Assembly (NCBI GenBank): GCA_951406725.2
Contig: OX597830.1
Coordinates: 7,502,001-7,566,000 of the forward strand
Source: Octopus vulgaris
Taxonomy: Eukaryota
Direction: 5' to 3'
DNA length: 64,000 bases
Part shown: one piece after another, positions 25,346-40,680 of the stretch
Layout: every line of letters begins with the position of its first letter
How positions within the stretch are numbered: position 1 is the stretch's first letter
Notes under the pieces: model-generated
Databases searched by the model: none
What the model was told of the DNA's origin: nothing
What the model saw: only the letters and a program-made list of their open reading frames with translations
Program-made: the position numbers and the translations under genes

Positions 25346-25914
25346 GTTGAATTCTTTACGTTCCCGAATTCTTGCTGTTCGACAAATAGCTTCTTAACCC
25401 AACAGCTGTTTCAGGAAGTTCGGAATTATATAATAATCACAATATTCATGATAATTAGTAGAAGGAACGTGCAAACATTCTGAATATGCAACCGGTGAAT
25501 TATCGCGTGAACATATTACTGTAAGTCCTGCTTCCTTCGTCAAGAGAAAATTTAAGAGAATAGGTGCTCTATTCTTAGTATTCTGTATTTTACTTGCTCT
25601 CCGTAAATATGTTTGTACACACATACACACCACACACACACACACACATAATCACACATACATACATATACATACGCATATATATATATAGATAGATATA
25701 CACATATATATGTATATGCTTGTGTATATATGTATATATATGTATATATTTGTATACATATATAGATGTACATATCTATACATATATAGATGTACACAGA
25801 TGTATATGTATATATATATATATATGTATGTATTTATTTATGTATATATATATATATGTCAGTAAATATGTGTGTATCTATGTAGACTTTTAACTGTATG
25901 TATATATCTAAGAT

Positions 25915-26142
25915 TGTATGTATGTATGCATGCATGTGTATATGTATGTATGTGTGTATGTATGTATGTATGTATGTGTATATGTATGTATGTGTGTATG
26001 TATGTATGTGTGTATGTATGTATATATGTATGTATGTATGTGTATATGTATGTATGTGTGTATGTATGTATGTATGTATGTGTATATGTATGTATGTATG
26101 TGTGTATGTATGTATGTGTGTATGTATGTATGTATGTATGTG

Positions 26143-26174
<32 letters not shown>

Positions 26175-26234
26175 TGTATGTATGTGTGTATGTATGTATG
26201 TATGTATGTATGTGTGTATGTATGTATGTATGTG

Positions 26235-26266
<32 letters not shown>

Positions 26267-26294
26267 TGTATGTGTGTGTGTGTGTATGTATGTG

Positions 26295-26326
<32 letters not shown>

Positions 26327-26366
26327 TGTATGTATGTATGTATGTGTGTGTGTGTGTATGTATGTG

Positions 26367-26398
<32 letters not shown>

Positions 26399-26845
26399 TG
26401 TATGTATGTATGTATATATGTATGTATGTATGTGTATATGTATGTATGTGTGTATGTATGTATGTATGTATGTGTATATGTATGTATGTATGTGTGTATG
26501 TATGTATGTGTGTATGTATGTATGTATGTATGTGTATATGTATGTATGTGTGTATGTATGTATGTGTGTATGTATGTATGTATGTATGTATGTGTGTATG
26601 TATGTATGTATGTATGTATGTATGTATGTATGTATGTATGTATGTATGTATGCATGCATGTATGTATGTGTGTATGTATGTATGTGTGTATGTGTATATG
26701 TATGTATGTGTATATGTATGTATGTATGTATGCATGCATGTATGTATGTGTGTATGTATGTATGTGTGTATGTGTATATGTATGTATGTGTATATGTATG
26801 TATGTGTGTATGTATGTATGTGTGTATGTATGTATGCATGCATGA
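25915..26845. repeat. ~930-bp (TATG)n-based compound microsatellite
   Basis: TATG units with TGTG, TATA and CATG variants; source of the 301-389 aa pseudo-ORFs. Confidence 0.95.
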
Positions 26846-27139
26846 ATATACAGTTACTGTAATAGATTTTGTGACGTCATTCTCTGTATCATTGATACAC
26901 TGGCATAGTTTTCGGATGTGACGTAAGGTTGAATTGTGATGGATCAAAGATGGCAGCACTGGTCGGATAATGCATGCGATGGTAGTGATAAGATGGCGTG
27001 TGGGTGTGTGGCGGGGGTTGGGGGTCATGTAGATAATGGTGATTGCAGTGGTTATATAAGCTGTGGTGACGGTGACAATGGTCTGTTATTGATACTATAA
27101 TGATGATACGACTGGTATATATGGGATTTCACAGGAATG

Positions 27140-28068
27140 GTGGCGGTGGAGGCGGTGGTGGTGGTGGTGGTGGTGGTGGTGATGATGATGAGATGATTGT
27201 GGCAGTGGCGGCGATAGGTTGAGAGCGGTGATGGCGGCGGTGGTGGTAGTAATGCTGCCAGTGATCTTGGTCGTAGTACTACTGGTAGCGGCTTTCATAT
27301 AACTGCTGCTGTTGTTGTTGGTGGTGGTGGTGGTGATGGTGATGGTTGTGATGATGGTGGTGGTAGTGGTGGTGTTTTAATAATGGTGACAGTGGTGGCC
27401 GTAGTGGTAATAGTGAGTTTGATAATAGTTGTGATGCTGCTTATAATTTTGATGTAAGAGGGGATGGTGAAGATGATGATGATGACGATGACGATGACGA
27501 TGATGATGATGATAACGATGACGATGATGATGATGATGATGATAACGATGACGATGATGATGATGATGATGATGATGATAACTATGACGACGACGATGAG
27601 GATAACAACGACAATGACGATGATGATTATTATGATGATGATGTTAGTAGTGTTTGTGAAGGTGGTGGTAGTGATGATGGTGGTGATGATGATGAGATGA
27701 CGACGATGTTGATGATGATGATGGTTATTATTATTATGATGATGATGATGATGATGTTGATGTTAGTGGTGGTGGTGGTGGTGGTGGTAGTGGTGGTTGT
27801 GGTGAAGATGGAGGTGATGATGATGATGACGACGATGACGGCGATGACGACGATGAAAATGACTTCTATTATTATGATGATGATGATGACGATGACGATG
27901 ATGGTGATGGTGATTATGATGACGATGGCGAGGACGGCTATGACGATGATGATAATTATGATGATGATGATGTTAATGGTGGTGGTAGTAGTGGCTTTTG
28001 TGATGGATATGGTGATGATGATGAGGACGACGACAACGACGGCGACGATGACGATGATTATGTTAGTG

Positions 28069-28099
<31 letters not shown>

Positions 28100-28130
28100 A
28101 GGGGATGGTAGTGATAGTGATGGTTGTGCT
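27140..28130. repeat. Low-complexity GAT/GGT/GAC trinucleotide region
   Basis: Degenerate triplet arrays; poly-M/V/H pseudo-ORFs. Confidence 0.9.
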
Positions 28131-28380
28131 GACGATTACACAGAACCTATTAACATCTGTAATTTCGTTTGTTTTTGTTTTCTATTGTTTCCTTTTGTGG
28201 GGTGGGAAGGAGGCGCGGGGTTGCGCTTTTTCTTAACTTTTGGTTAACTCTGTCTCGCAACAAAAAAGCTTTCCAACCGTAAACATTGTCTCTCATTTTC
28301 AAAACATCTAGCTAGGACCTCATTATCTATTTTTGCCCCATCCGCTGTTGTTGTCGTTGTTTACGATGTCGTTGCTTCTT

Positions 28381-28790
28381 GCTTGTTTGTTTGTTGAGCG
28401 AAGCGGTCTTCGTCCCAGAGCTCGCAAGATCGCGCCTCAGGATTGTCTCTAGTGGGAAAAGTCCGAAACGTGGTCCTTTGCTATTCGTAAGACCCGCAGA
28501 AGACAAAGCAGGTCAACCTCCGACACCGAGAGCATCGATGGATGGATGAATGTGCATCCAGGCTCAGTGGTTGCGTAGGAAGTCGGGGAGAAGGAACAGG
28601 AAGAAAGAGTGAGAGTAAGTTGGAGCGAAAGAGTACAACAGGGGTCGCCACCACGCCACTGCCGGAGTATCGTGGAGCTTTTAGGTGTTTTCGCTCAATA
28701 AACACACACAGCGCTCGGTCTGGGAATCGAAACCGCGATCCTCCGACCGCGAGTCCGCTGCCCTAACCATTGGACCATTGCGCCTCCACT
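28381..28790 (-). mobile_element. tRNA(Arg-like)-derived SINE family C, long-tailed version ending in (CAAA)n
   Basis: Minus strand GGAGGCGCAATGGTCCAATGGTTAGGGCAGCGGACTCGCGGTCGGAGGATCGCGGTTTCGATTCCCAGACC; 5' ~175 bp shared with 55337-55510. Confidence 0.75.
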
Positions 28791-29880
28791 GTTGTCGCTG
28801 CTGTTTTACACTGGGACAAGCTTTAGGCCAACGATAACATGTGCTCCTGTTTGAATCGTCTCAAATTTTGAGGAAATTGCCCACGACGGGAACTGGTAGA
28901 GTTGTTAAATTGCCAACCGAAATATATTGCCGTAATTACTGCCACCCCCTGTTCTCTGAATTCATATCACTCTGAGATGAACTCTCCGTTTCGCCCTTCC
29001 GGGTTTGACAAAATGAATAACCAATCTGCAGCAATGTACAGCAGGATACAAACAGTCTATTACGGTACTTGCTCCGGCTCTTTGCATTCCGCTTTCGATT
29101 TGTATCATGTCCTACCTGGTTGATAGATTAAACCCATAGCTCGATCGAAGACCTTCACTCGGTCCCTTTGGTGCTTTTATTTCAGTCCCTTCTGTTGCGA
29201 CATTCGCGATCGACAAAATAAAGCTCCAGTCTGAAGCGGTGAAGTAGTGAAACCTTTACTGTGTCGCATTGGATCCCCTGTGCTGTTTAGTCTGACTCTT
29301 TGCATTTTGAGCTCAAATCCCACCAGATTCCATCGGATGGCAGACTAAACCTTTGGCTCAATTTAACATCATTAGCAGAACTTTGCACGCATTTAGACGC
29401 ATTCATTCTGTTGCAAGCACTCGGACCAAGTCATTGGTTAGAGGTCACTATATTCTTGAATCCCATCAAAAAGTGCCTATGGTCCTGAAAAGGGATCCAG
29501 AGAACGTCCTTCCTCCTGGAACATTATCTAACATGTCCTTCTCTCATTTAAGGTAGTAGTTCGTGATTTGGAGAGAGTTGTTGCTGTTATTTCCAGTCTA
29601 TCGCTCAACCTCAAACAGGCTTTCGTAAGATGAAGGCGAAGAAGATGAATACATGTATAAATGTAATTCAGGAATGTACAGTTAAGTGTCTGCGTGACCT
29701 CTGACCCTTCACCCTTCACCCTTATATCCCAATGAATTTCCCAGTCGTTCGTTTTCTAATTTATCAAAATGACTGAAGAGAATATTTCAGTAGAGTTTAG
29801 TTTTAATGGCTTCAATACTAAAGGTAGCGGTCAGCGTCTACGATATGTGTGTGTGTATGTGTGTGCGTGTATATTTATGT

Positions 29881-29957
<77 letters not shown>

Positions 29958-29960
<3 letters not shown>

Positions 29961-30119
29961 GCAGGAGTGGCTGTGTGGTAAGAAGCTTATTTACCAACCA
30001 CATGGTTCAGTCTCACTGTGTGGAACCGTGGGCAAGTGTCTTCGGCTATAGCCTCGGGCCGATCAAAGCCTTGTGAGTGGATTTGGTAGACGGAACTGAA
30101 AAAAGCCCGTCGTATATAT

Positions 30120-30200
<81 letters not shown>

Positions 30201-30376
30201 TGTATGTATGTATGTATGTATGTATGTATGTATGTATGTATGTATGTATGTATATGTGTGTGTGTCTGTGTCTGTGTTTGTCCCCCAACATCGCTTGACA
30301 ACCGATAGAATAAGTACAAGGCTTACTAAGAATAAGTCCTGGGGTCGATTTGTTTGACTAAAGGCGGTGCTCCAGT
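29958..30376 (+). mobile_element. SINE family A with expanded central microsatellite
   Basis: Head, CORE-like block, (CA)n(TA)n(TATG)n centre, tail AAAGGCGGTGCTCCAG. Confidence 0.85.
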
Positions 30377-30469
30377 ATGCATATTTGTTTGTATATGCGT
30401 GTATTTGACCCATATGTTTATATACATACATATATATATGGCTGCATGTGTGTGTGTATATTCTCTTAT

Positions 30470-30706
30470 TATATATGTGGCTACATAAATGGATACAGAC
30501 CTACATACGTTGATATAACTGTATATATGTGGAATATGGTCAGTGTAGCTCTGAGAAGACCATTGTTCAAATATGGAATCAACTCGCAACTCTGTAGAAT
30601 GTAAGGTATGTATATGTATGTATGAGCTACACTGACCATATTCCACATATATACAGTTATATCAACGTATGTAGGTCTGGTATCCATTTATGTAGCCACA
30701 TATATA
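30470..30706. repeat. Inverted repeat, ~82-bp arms with 72-bp spacer
   Basis: 30470-30551 is the near-perfect reverse complement of 30624-30706. Confidence 0.9.
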
Positions 30707-31397
30707 CACGTTACACCGCCACCTATATACACTTTCTAAAGGTCACGAAATCTGACCTTTTTTCCACCATGTCTTTCAGGTTATATTTTTCTTTTGTTTA
30801 TTTGTTTCTAAAAACTCAACAATTCAAAGCGAGGCTTCTGGTTGGAGCCACGTGCTTAATTGAACTGTCACGTCTGTCGATTAACTCTTCTTCCGGCTCT
30901 TGTTCATCTTGATTTTGCTGTTGTTTTTGTTGTTTTTTGTAGTTTTCGTTGTTGCTATAGTCACAGCTTATTTCGTATTTGATTTTTTTTTTTTTTTGTT
31001 ATTTTCTAATTCTATTGTTTTTCTTTCGACGTTGTTACTGTTATTGTTGTTGTTGTCCGCTGTCGTCGTTTTGGCTGCCTGTGTGCCGGGTGTCAAATTT
31101 CTAATGGGAGGCCTTTTACTAAACAACATTCTTCAATACGGTTTCTAAACGTCGATGGATCCTTTTTCTTTAATTTAAGTCCGTTTAAATGTTTTAAAGA
31201 CAATACAAATGTATACACATACAACTTTGTATTTCTCCCCAGAATAAGAAAGACAGAAATTGTTAGCAATCTAGATTAGGACCCGTATATAACCTTTGAT
31301 TTTACATACCTTCTTAAAAATGGAGCATTACGTACCCAGACGTTTTGCTCACCTCTGTCACCAACAATTATTATTTTGATTTTGTATTTGGTTTAAT

Positions 31398-31800
31398 GCG
31401 GCGAGCTGGCAGAATCATGAGCACGCCGGGCGAAGTGCTTAGCGGTATTTCGTCTGCCGCTACGTTCTGAGTTCAAATTCCGCCGAGGTCGACTTTGCCT
31501 TTCATTCTTTTGGGGTCGATTAAATAAGTACCAGTTACGCACTGGGGTCGATATAATCGACTTAATCCCTTTGTCTGTCCTTATTTGTCCCCTCTGTGTG
31601 TAGCCTCCTGTGGGCAGTAAAGAAATAGGTATTCTGTCTGTCTTTATGTTCTGAGTTCAAATTCCTCCGAGATCGACTTTGCCTTTCATCCTTTCGGGGT
31701 CGATAAATTAAGTACCAGTTGCTTACTGGAGTCGATCTAATCGAATGCCCCCCCCCCCTCCCCCAAAATTTCGGTCTCTGTGCCTAGAGTAGAAAAGATT
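31398..31800 (+). mobile_element. SINE family B dimer
   Basis: Head plus unit ending GTAAAGAAATA|GGTATT, second unit ending GTGCCTAGAGTAGAAAAG. Confidence 0.85.
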
Positions 31801-32799
31801 TTGTATTTGGTTTGTGTTGTAGAAGGATCCTAACCATCCTCACGTGACTGAAAGTGGACTAACACATTTCATTAAAATAAAGAAATTGTGTCAACTCTAC
31901 CGCTGTCAACAAGTGACAATTCACAGTTTCTTTATTTTATAACCATATCCAAATATTTATTTGGGTAATACTATTTTTACACCCCTTGTGTACAACTCAT
32001 GACATAACAGTTTGCAAGATTTTTTTTATGTGATAACGTGTATTAAAACAACTTTTCTTGTACCTTGAGACGGTCATTATGCCAATGGTTAAATACACAC
32101 GGGTTCTATTTTACTTCTTTTACTAATTTCTTTTAACTAGTTCGCTATTTAACTCATCAACGGATTTATTGTTCGGTTAATAGTGCAGTTAATCAATCAA
32201 CCAAATTCGTCAGTGTCCTTTTGTCGTCAATCGTGATTTCGTCAATGATTTTGCTATACCAGATTTAATAATAAGTACTTTTTAATTTTTATTCCTTTAA
32301 AAATAGCGCAGCCCTAACAGCCATGAGACAAGTTCTTCACAACTAACTAATTATCTGTTTGTTTCTAATTCAAGTTGTAATATGTCGACAGAAACCACCA
32401 GGATTCAGGGTTCTAACGATTATTTTCCTCGTTGATTATCAAATAGCTTTCTATTAAACCTTGAAATATTTCATTGTTTGTTTCGAAGGATAGATTTAAT
32501 CCGTCACCTGATTTAACTCCATCACTTGGCATTTAGGTGTTTTGAGCGGAGCCCACAGAATCCCGTTCGCTGCAATCACTTAGTCTGGTTTGTGACTTGA
32601 GGATACCTTCCTTACATCCTCCATCCACTAGTCATGGAAGCCCTTAAAGAGCCAAAGGTACTGCTTTTCACGTTTGACAAAATGACATAAAAATACTTTG
32701 CTGTATGTGAACTTGCAGTTCAGTTCATACTATTATAATAGATGTTTTGAATTTTGGTACAACGTGAGAATTTTTAGATGAAGGAGAATAACACAATTC

Positions 32800-33195
32800 C
32801 TCTGACCCCGATACATGACTGGTATTTTATTTTATCGACACCGAAAGAATAATAGGCCAAGTCACCGTCTGTGGAATTTGAACACAGAACCTAAAGAAAC
32901 AAAGGAAGTAACGCTAAGCATTTTATCCGAGGCGCTGACGATTCTGGCAGCTTGCCACCTTGCAATATTAGGATAATCAAAGACGGTAAGCTAGCGGAAT
33001 CTGTAGCGCACCAAGGTAAGACACATAGCCGCATTTCATCAGTCTTTACGTCCTGAATCCAAATTCAGCCGAGGTCAGCTTTCATAAGGACCCCTTTCAT
33101 AATTTCGGGGGTCAATAAAGTAAGTACAATTTGATAACCGGCGTTAACTCCTCCTCCAAGCTTGCTGGCTTTGTGCCAAATTTTGAAACCAATAT
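32800..33195. mobile_element. Two degenerate divergent SINE family B copies (- then +)
   Basis: CTGGTATTTTATTTTATCGACACCGAAAGAAT...GATTCTGGCAGCTTGCC, then GGTAAGCTAGCGGAATCTGTAGC...GGGGTCAATAAAGTAAGTAC. Confidence 0.6.
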
Positions 33196-33603
33196 TAAAA
33201 TAATAAAATGTGAAGAAAGAACTTGATGGGTTCATATAAAGGAGCACATGAATGAGGCCTTTGAAACACATTTACAGTAGAGTACGCTTCCAAACGTGTT
33301 GAGAGGAAGTTACTCAATTCAATATGGTCGCAATAAATTGCTGTATCACACGTGAGGAGATTAAGTTGCAATCAAAACTCGTTCAGAGTAAATTTCCCCT
33401 TCAAATATATACAGAGCAGACCCATTCAGATATCTTTATAGTTGAAGGTTGTCATATGAGCATGTTCCTAGCTGGCTCCCATCTAATCATGTTCAGTATA
33501 GGATGGCCACTTAAATATAATCAGAAGAGGACTATTCCATTGTTTTTTTAGACACATGTATGGATTTGTAGAGATATATGTATGTGTGCATGTGTGTGTT
33601 CGT

Positions 33604-33637
<34 letters not shown>

Positions 33638-34079
33638 CTCTCCTACCATCACTTGACAATCACTCTTGATAACTTAGTGGTTTGGCAAAAACGACCGATA
33701 GAATAAGTACCAGGCTCAAAATATAAGCAATGTGGTCGATTCCTTCGGCTATAACTCCTCAGGACGTGCCCCAGTATGGGCACAGTCTACTAACTGAAAT
33801 AAGTGAAAACTAAAAATAATATAAAGATTTAAATGCCTAAAACATTGAATGAAGATTTTCCAGCAGACTATTGGTGCTGCCGGTTTAATTAAGTTCTCTC
33901 CGAGAGTACTTCAAGCGAGATTTCAAGTTATTGTTATTAGAGATTTAACAACGGATCTGTTTATTTAGATATTCTTTAGAGCGGATCTGGCCGATTATTT
34001 ACTCACGACCAGAGAAGTGTTAATCTCGGCTCAAATGGATGTTACTTATACAAGGTTCAAGTGATCTGACGATAGTATG

Positions 34080-34310
34080 TTTGTATGTATTCGCTGCTTT
34101 CTTCCAAGGAATCTCGTGATCTTAGCTTAGTTTTTCCTTGGGGCTGACCAGATTGGAGCCATATCGAGTACAACCAGCCGAAATTGCAAAGATAATCTGG
34201 AACTCGACTGAGGAAAGAAAACTCCGAATGACCCGTCCTTTTTTCTTGTCTCATTTTTGTATCATCTATCTGGATGTTTTGCGTTCTTGTCCCATTTTTT
34301 TATATCTCTT
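34080..34310 (+). mobile_element. Family P3 repeat, second copy
   Basis: Aligns with ~8490-8700; ends at a TA/CA microsatellite. Confidence 0.55.
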
Positions 34311-34352
34311 TACACACACACACACATATGTGTGTATATATTATATATATAT

Positions 34353-34394
<42 letters not shown>

Positions 34395-34558
34395 TGAGTG
34401 AGTGAGAGAGAAAGAGTGACAGATAATGTCATTTATCGTCGTTTCAATTCATCTAGCGTAACATACCGGTCAAAGCAGAATATATTCCATTCTTGAGACA
34501 GTTTGCGTGTTAAGTGTGGGCTAACGATAATAAACAAATGTGTGTGTGTGCGTGTGTG

Positions 34559-34625
<67 letters not shown>

Positions 34626-35171
34626 CTTAGGTGATCAAATCATAAATAATCGACGCTAAATGGAATTTCTTCCTGGCTCAAGTGATATCTCTATTTAAAA
34701 AATCGGTCACAGTGAAATATATACCTCGCTCAAATCATCAAGCTATTTAAATAAGCAAACACTAATAAAATAAAAATAAAAGTAAAAAAAAATTTAGGCT
34801 ATCTTCTGGCACTTAACCAACTTTTCTCGTTCTACAGAATATTAGTGTCTTGCTATATTTAAGTTGCACTTTACACGGTTTCCTGTCCAATAATGTCAGT
34901 ATTTCACAACTCAAACTACAGTTGGGGCTGACCTTTACAATATAAAACTCTAAGTTTCATTCTCTCTCCCTCCATTTCTTTCTCTGTCCCTCCCTCTCTT
35001 TCCTTCTCCCTCTTTCTCTCTACCTCTTTCTCTCTCTCTCTCTCAGTTTCATCTATCCCCACACTCCTTCCTCTCATTGATATCCTCTGCATGTCTCACT
35101 CTCTCTCTCTCATACTCTTTTACTCTTTCTCACTTTTTCTTTTTGTATTCGTCACTTCCTCCCTTCCTTTA

Positions 35172-35207
<36 letters not shown>

Positions 35208-35354
35208 TGTATGTATATGTATCTACATAGATATATATTCATATGTATACATATATGCATGTCTGAACGCATACACTAATACATATACACATACACATCT
35301 AAATGGATGTATGTGTAAACATATATATACACAGAGAGAGAGAGAGATAGATAG

Positions 35355-35462
<108 letters not shown>

Positions 35463-35689
35463 TTAGATACGATAGATAGATTTGTACGAGATAACAGAGA
35501 TCCACAATATGAAAAGACTTAATGAGTCTATCAGATTAGGAATATTTGGTGCTTAATCTCTTCTTAAAACATAGCTGGATGGCCGACTTTCGTCTCTACA
35601 GAGAAGACTAGTAAATGTGTGATTGCTGGCACTTAAAAATAATTATAAACCTATAGAATGAATCTTAGAGAAAACATTGCATAATTCCT

Positions 35690-35890
35690 TTTGCTAACCC
35701 GTAAGAATCCACAAACATCAAATCCGACAAGACGAACTACGGATAATTCCACTGAGGAAACATTTAGAAATGTGTAGAAAAGGAAAATTCAAGATCTTCC
35801 ACTTTTATAAATGCTCAAGGAACGCCCCAAACTTCCGAAAGACAATGAAACTATATTTCATAGAAGTTCTCAACAAAATTAAACGTTTGA
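35690..35890 (+). pseudogene. Degenerate Penelope-like GIY-YIG endonuclease C-terminal fragment
   Basis: VRIHKHQIRQDELRIIPLRKHLEMCRKGKFKIFHFYKC...RKTMKLYFIEVL resembles the PLE R.H...I....P+..H...C...F.I.PF...R...E.YFI region; recognised from memory, no search run. Confidence 0.5.
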
Positions 35891-37886
35891 AAAAAGGAAA
35901 GAGCAAACATCTGGAAATATGTGGAGGAGCAAAATTTAAGGAACGACCCAAAGTGTCGAAAGACATCGGAATATTTTATAAAAACGTCCTCAACAAAAAT
36001 TAAATGGTTGAGAAAACTACCTCAGTTTAGACGGATGCTCCATCAAATCAAATGAAATAAATCGAGGGTACAACAACACCATACCATGATACTATATACA
36101 ACCAACATTCCCAGAAAATATGTTGGGAAGAAGTAATGTGAATCCTAAATTATCCATGTTTGGCTCCCTCCAAACACAACATGTGTGAAACCAAGGATCA
36201 CTGGGGAGAAGATATATTTCCATGGATATTCCGACTGCCTCCCCCCCCCCCCCCCGCCACCATTCAGGTTTTATTTATGATTCCTCATGATTTGTAGATT
36301 CTGATCCTTTGATTTCGATTGTATTCCATAATTGTGAATGTATTCATTGACATTTACATTCCCACTGCCCCCCCCTTTTTTATTAGACTCAGATCATATT
36401 TATGATTTTTTTAAAGACATTCAGATATCATATTTATTATTGAGAAACACTTTCCCATACTTAGTCAGATTGTATTTAAAATTATAACTATACCTACTTA
36501 AAAATCACTCTTTCAAAAACATAGCCATACACGGCTAAATATAAAAAAATAACATCTGGAATTTTAATTTTAAAAAATTGACCAGATCCATACAACCACT
36601 CACTCCCCCTTGCATTAATGAATACAAAAGAATTAATAGAACAAGACCTTGAAACGTAATTATAATTCTTACTGGAGAAATCAAAACCAGCATCTGGTTT
36701 TCCAATTAAAAACTTCGACCACTTGAATACAAAAATTCCTTTTCTACCCCACCATAACGCCACTAAGTGGACAAACAGCCGCATGTTGAATCCTAATCAA
36801 ACAAGTTGGACCCCCACTGATGCAAAATCCACGCCTCCTTCACCTCCCGCTCCCTCTGAAACTTTCTTTCTTTTCTCTTCCTTCGCACCCCCAAAGAAAA
36901 TAAGAATACAATCCCAATACACACTCCTACTTTTTTCTATCTTCATTATCTCTTACTCTTTCCTCTTCTCTCACCTCTGCATTATCCTTTCTAATTTGTT
37001 CCTCTCCCTCTCTCTCCCTCTCTCTCCCTCTCTCTCCCTCTCCCTCTCACTCTTTCTCCCTTTTCTAAAACATCATTAGTTTCAATTTTATATAAGATGG
37101 TGGAGCAAACTTAAAATAAACCACTTTTTTGATGAATCCGATAACAGAAGAAAGCGCTAAAAATGTAAATAATAAATATAATCATCCGACATTCTGACTA
37201 CCTTGTACATGGTGCGGCAACATAAAACGAAAAGAGACTCATGTGGGAATTACGATGTCACGATATTTATGAAACCGCGTTCTCAATATAAAAGTTAGAA
37301 AATGTACAAAATGTGATCTTCAACTTTGAATAAGTCAATTCATTATAATACGCTTCATACCAATATATATATATATATATATATAAACCTCTTTCACACT
37401 GCATGCAAATTACTCTGGTAATAATAAAAACCGGATTTATGACGAAGTCGAATCTATATAACAACGAAAGTACGATATTGAAATATGATACGCGTTATGA
37501 TACACACATTAATGGAATAGTTATCCGAATTAAACAAATTGTTACTAAATTATTTTTTATTGATTACTTGTAAATTTATAAAAATTATCATTCATAGATT
37601 GACATTAGTATTTGTACACAACTGTTTTGTTAAAACTGATTATACGATAATTAAACTTAATTAATTATTAATATAACTTAATTTCGATGAACTAAACAAT
37701 TTTTTGTGACAAAAAGATACCATAGAATGTACAACATATAATGATTCCAATATTTTTGGACAACAATGTTAGTCCCTTACTATTTAAGGTTTATTATATC
37801 ATTTTGTAACCCTTTTGTGCGCGCGCAATTTTCAATTCGAGTTTCCGTGCTTTTTAAGGCAACGCTTGTAATATTTTATATACGTA

Positions 37887-38302
37887 GGCGTAGGAGTGGC
37901 TGTGTGGTAAGTAGCTTGCTAACCAACCACATGGTTCCGGGTTCAGTCCACTGCGTGGCATCTTGGGCAAGTGTCTTCTGCTATAGCCCCGGGCCGACCA
38001 ATGCCTTGTGAGTGGATTTGGTAGACGGAAACTGAAAGAAGCCTGTCGTATATATGTATATATATATAAGTGTGTGTGAATATGTTTGTGTGTCTGTGTT
38101 TGTTCCGCTAGCATTGCTTGACAACCTATGCTGGTGTGTTTACGTCCCCGTCACTTAGCGCTTCGGCAAAAGAGACCGATAGAATAAGTACTGGGCTTAC
38201 AAAGAATAAGTCCCGGGGTCGATTTGCTCGACTAAAGGCGGTGCTCCAGCATGGCCGCAGTCAAATGACTGAAACAAGTAAAATGAGTAAAGAGTAAAGA
38301 GT
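37887..38302 (+). mobile_element. SINE family A, full length, well conserved
   Basis: GGCGTAGGAGTGGCTGTGTGGTAAG...GGCGGTGCTCCAGCATGGCCGCAGTCAAATGACTGAAACAAGTAAAATGAGTAAAGAGTAAAGAGTA. Confidence 0.9.
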
Positions 38303-38926
38303 ACCGTATTTCTCCTAATGATGTGGCAGCCTCTAATAAACTGACACCCAGCGCCGTATTTGTTTATTATCATGCGGAGAGATACTGAACAGCAGCTAGT
38401 ACATTATAAAGAAATGTATTTTTATAAATATTAATAATATTAATTTTGAGCAAATCATTACTAAAATCTAAAATGACATACCATGCAGCGAAGAGAAAGC
38501 GAAAATGAGTAAGACAAAATTCCCGAAGACAGCTGCATGCCAAACTAGCGTTCATCGGTTGATGATGATTGAAAATTAACCTAACACGATCACCACGCAA
38601 ACAGCCACGACCCCATTACGCAACCGAGGCATATATTGCCAAACACTCAGTAGACTCGACTATAACACTTTGTTGTCGGTCACTGCGTGCCTGACATATA
38701 TATATATATATATATAGATTTATCAAAAGAAAAACTGGATGCAAAGTATTTAACATCCTGTTTTTCTTTTGATAAATATACCCTATCACCTACACCACTA
38801 ACTGGCATATACAGGTGCTTACAGTTATCAAGTATTCACCCGGTATTCACCCTGAATCTTTTATATATAGATATATATAGATATAGATATATACATGTAC
38901 ATATACATATACATATACATATACAT

Positions 38927-39016
<90 letters not shown>

Positions 39017-39417
39017 TCAGGCATATAGATAGACAGATAGTTAGACATATATATATATATACAAATCTAAGCGCATTTTTATGAGACCAGTATGATGATA
39101 CTGAACACATTTTCAGTAGTGATTTAATCGAGATCACAATTGAATATCGTTTCTGTAGCACAGATACTTAGAAGACATGTTTGGTTATCACTAATTGTTA
39201 TCTTACCTTTATTTGATATAACATGCAGTCATCCATAAAATGCTTACGTATAACATTTTGGCACGAAATAAAACATCTGTCTGATATGTCTATGAAGCCT
39301 GGAACACAAAAGATTCTATTTCGCAGCTTTTTTACTGCTTCTGTCGCCAATATAACTTGTACTTACGACATATAGTATCTCTGAGAACGGTTTAAGGAAG
39401 ACCATTCTTGTATATAC

Positions 39418-39919
<502 letters not shown>

Positions 39920-40424
39920 AGAATTTTCAACTTACGTGAATATGACATTTATAAATGCGACATAAATGCGACATCTATATACGGAATTGGAATCATGAAC
40001 TAGTTAAGTGTGCTTCAAGAGGTTATAGGTTGGATTATAATGCTACCTATATAATGTTCTTCTAATGTTCGGTATAATTTCATTATACGTTCTTTTAGCG
40101 ATTTCTGCTGTTAAACCTCTAAAATGGGAAAAAATACATTTGGATGTTTCGCTAAAAGATTTTCCATTACCAACAAAAGCTGAGCTATATATAAACGCTT
40201 CATCTCAATGTAAATTTTGTTCCTCGTATTAGCTAATGAAACATGTGTTATGGCGAATAATAATAATATATATATGTATATATATATATATTCAGTTATT
40301 TATATGTATATGTATATATATTCATGTAAATATATACGCAGGTACAAATCTAAATATGTATACATACATATATATATACGTGTATATGTATGTATGTATA
40401 TATATATACATACACACACACACG

Positions 40425-40484
<60 letters not shown>

Positions 40485-40519
40485 CATAGATACGTGTATA
40501 TGCTTGACAGCTAGTTTAC

Positions 40520-40680
40520 AATTTTTTCTTTCTCTTTCTGTTTATTTTCTCTTCTTCCTTTCTGTTGAAGAGCGTAGGCTCGAAACGTTAAAGACTTCCT
40601 TATTTTCCTGAGCGTCAAACTAATACACTTGCTTGTTGTTCGCACACCTGTCTTCGTCTCTTATTTTCCTATAAATTTCA

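Noticed and set aside
25834-27028. Long ORFs of 301-389 aa on both strands
   Set aside because: Translations of a (TATG)n array (HTYI/MYVC repeats); no domain content
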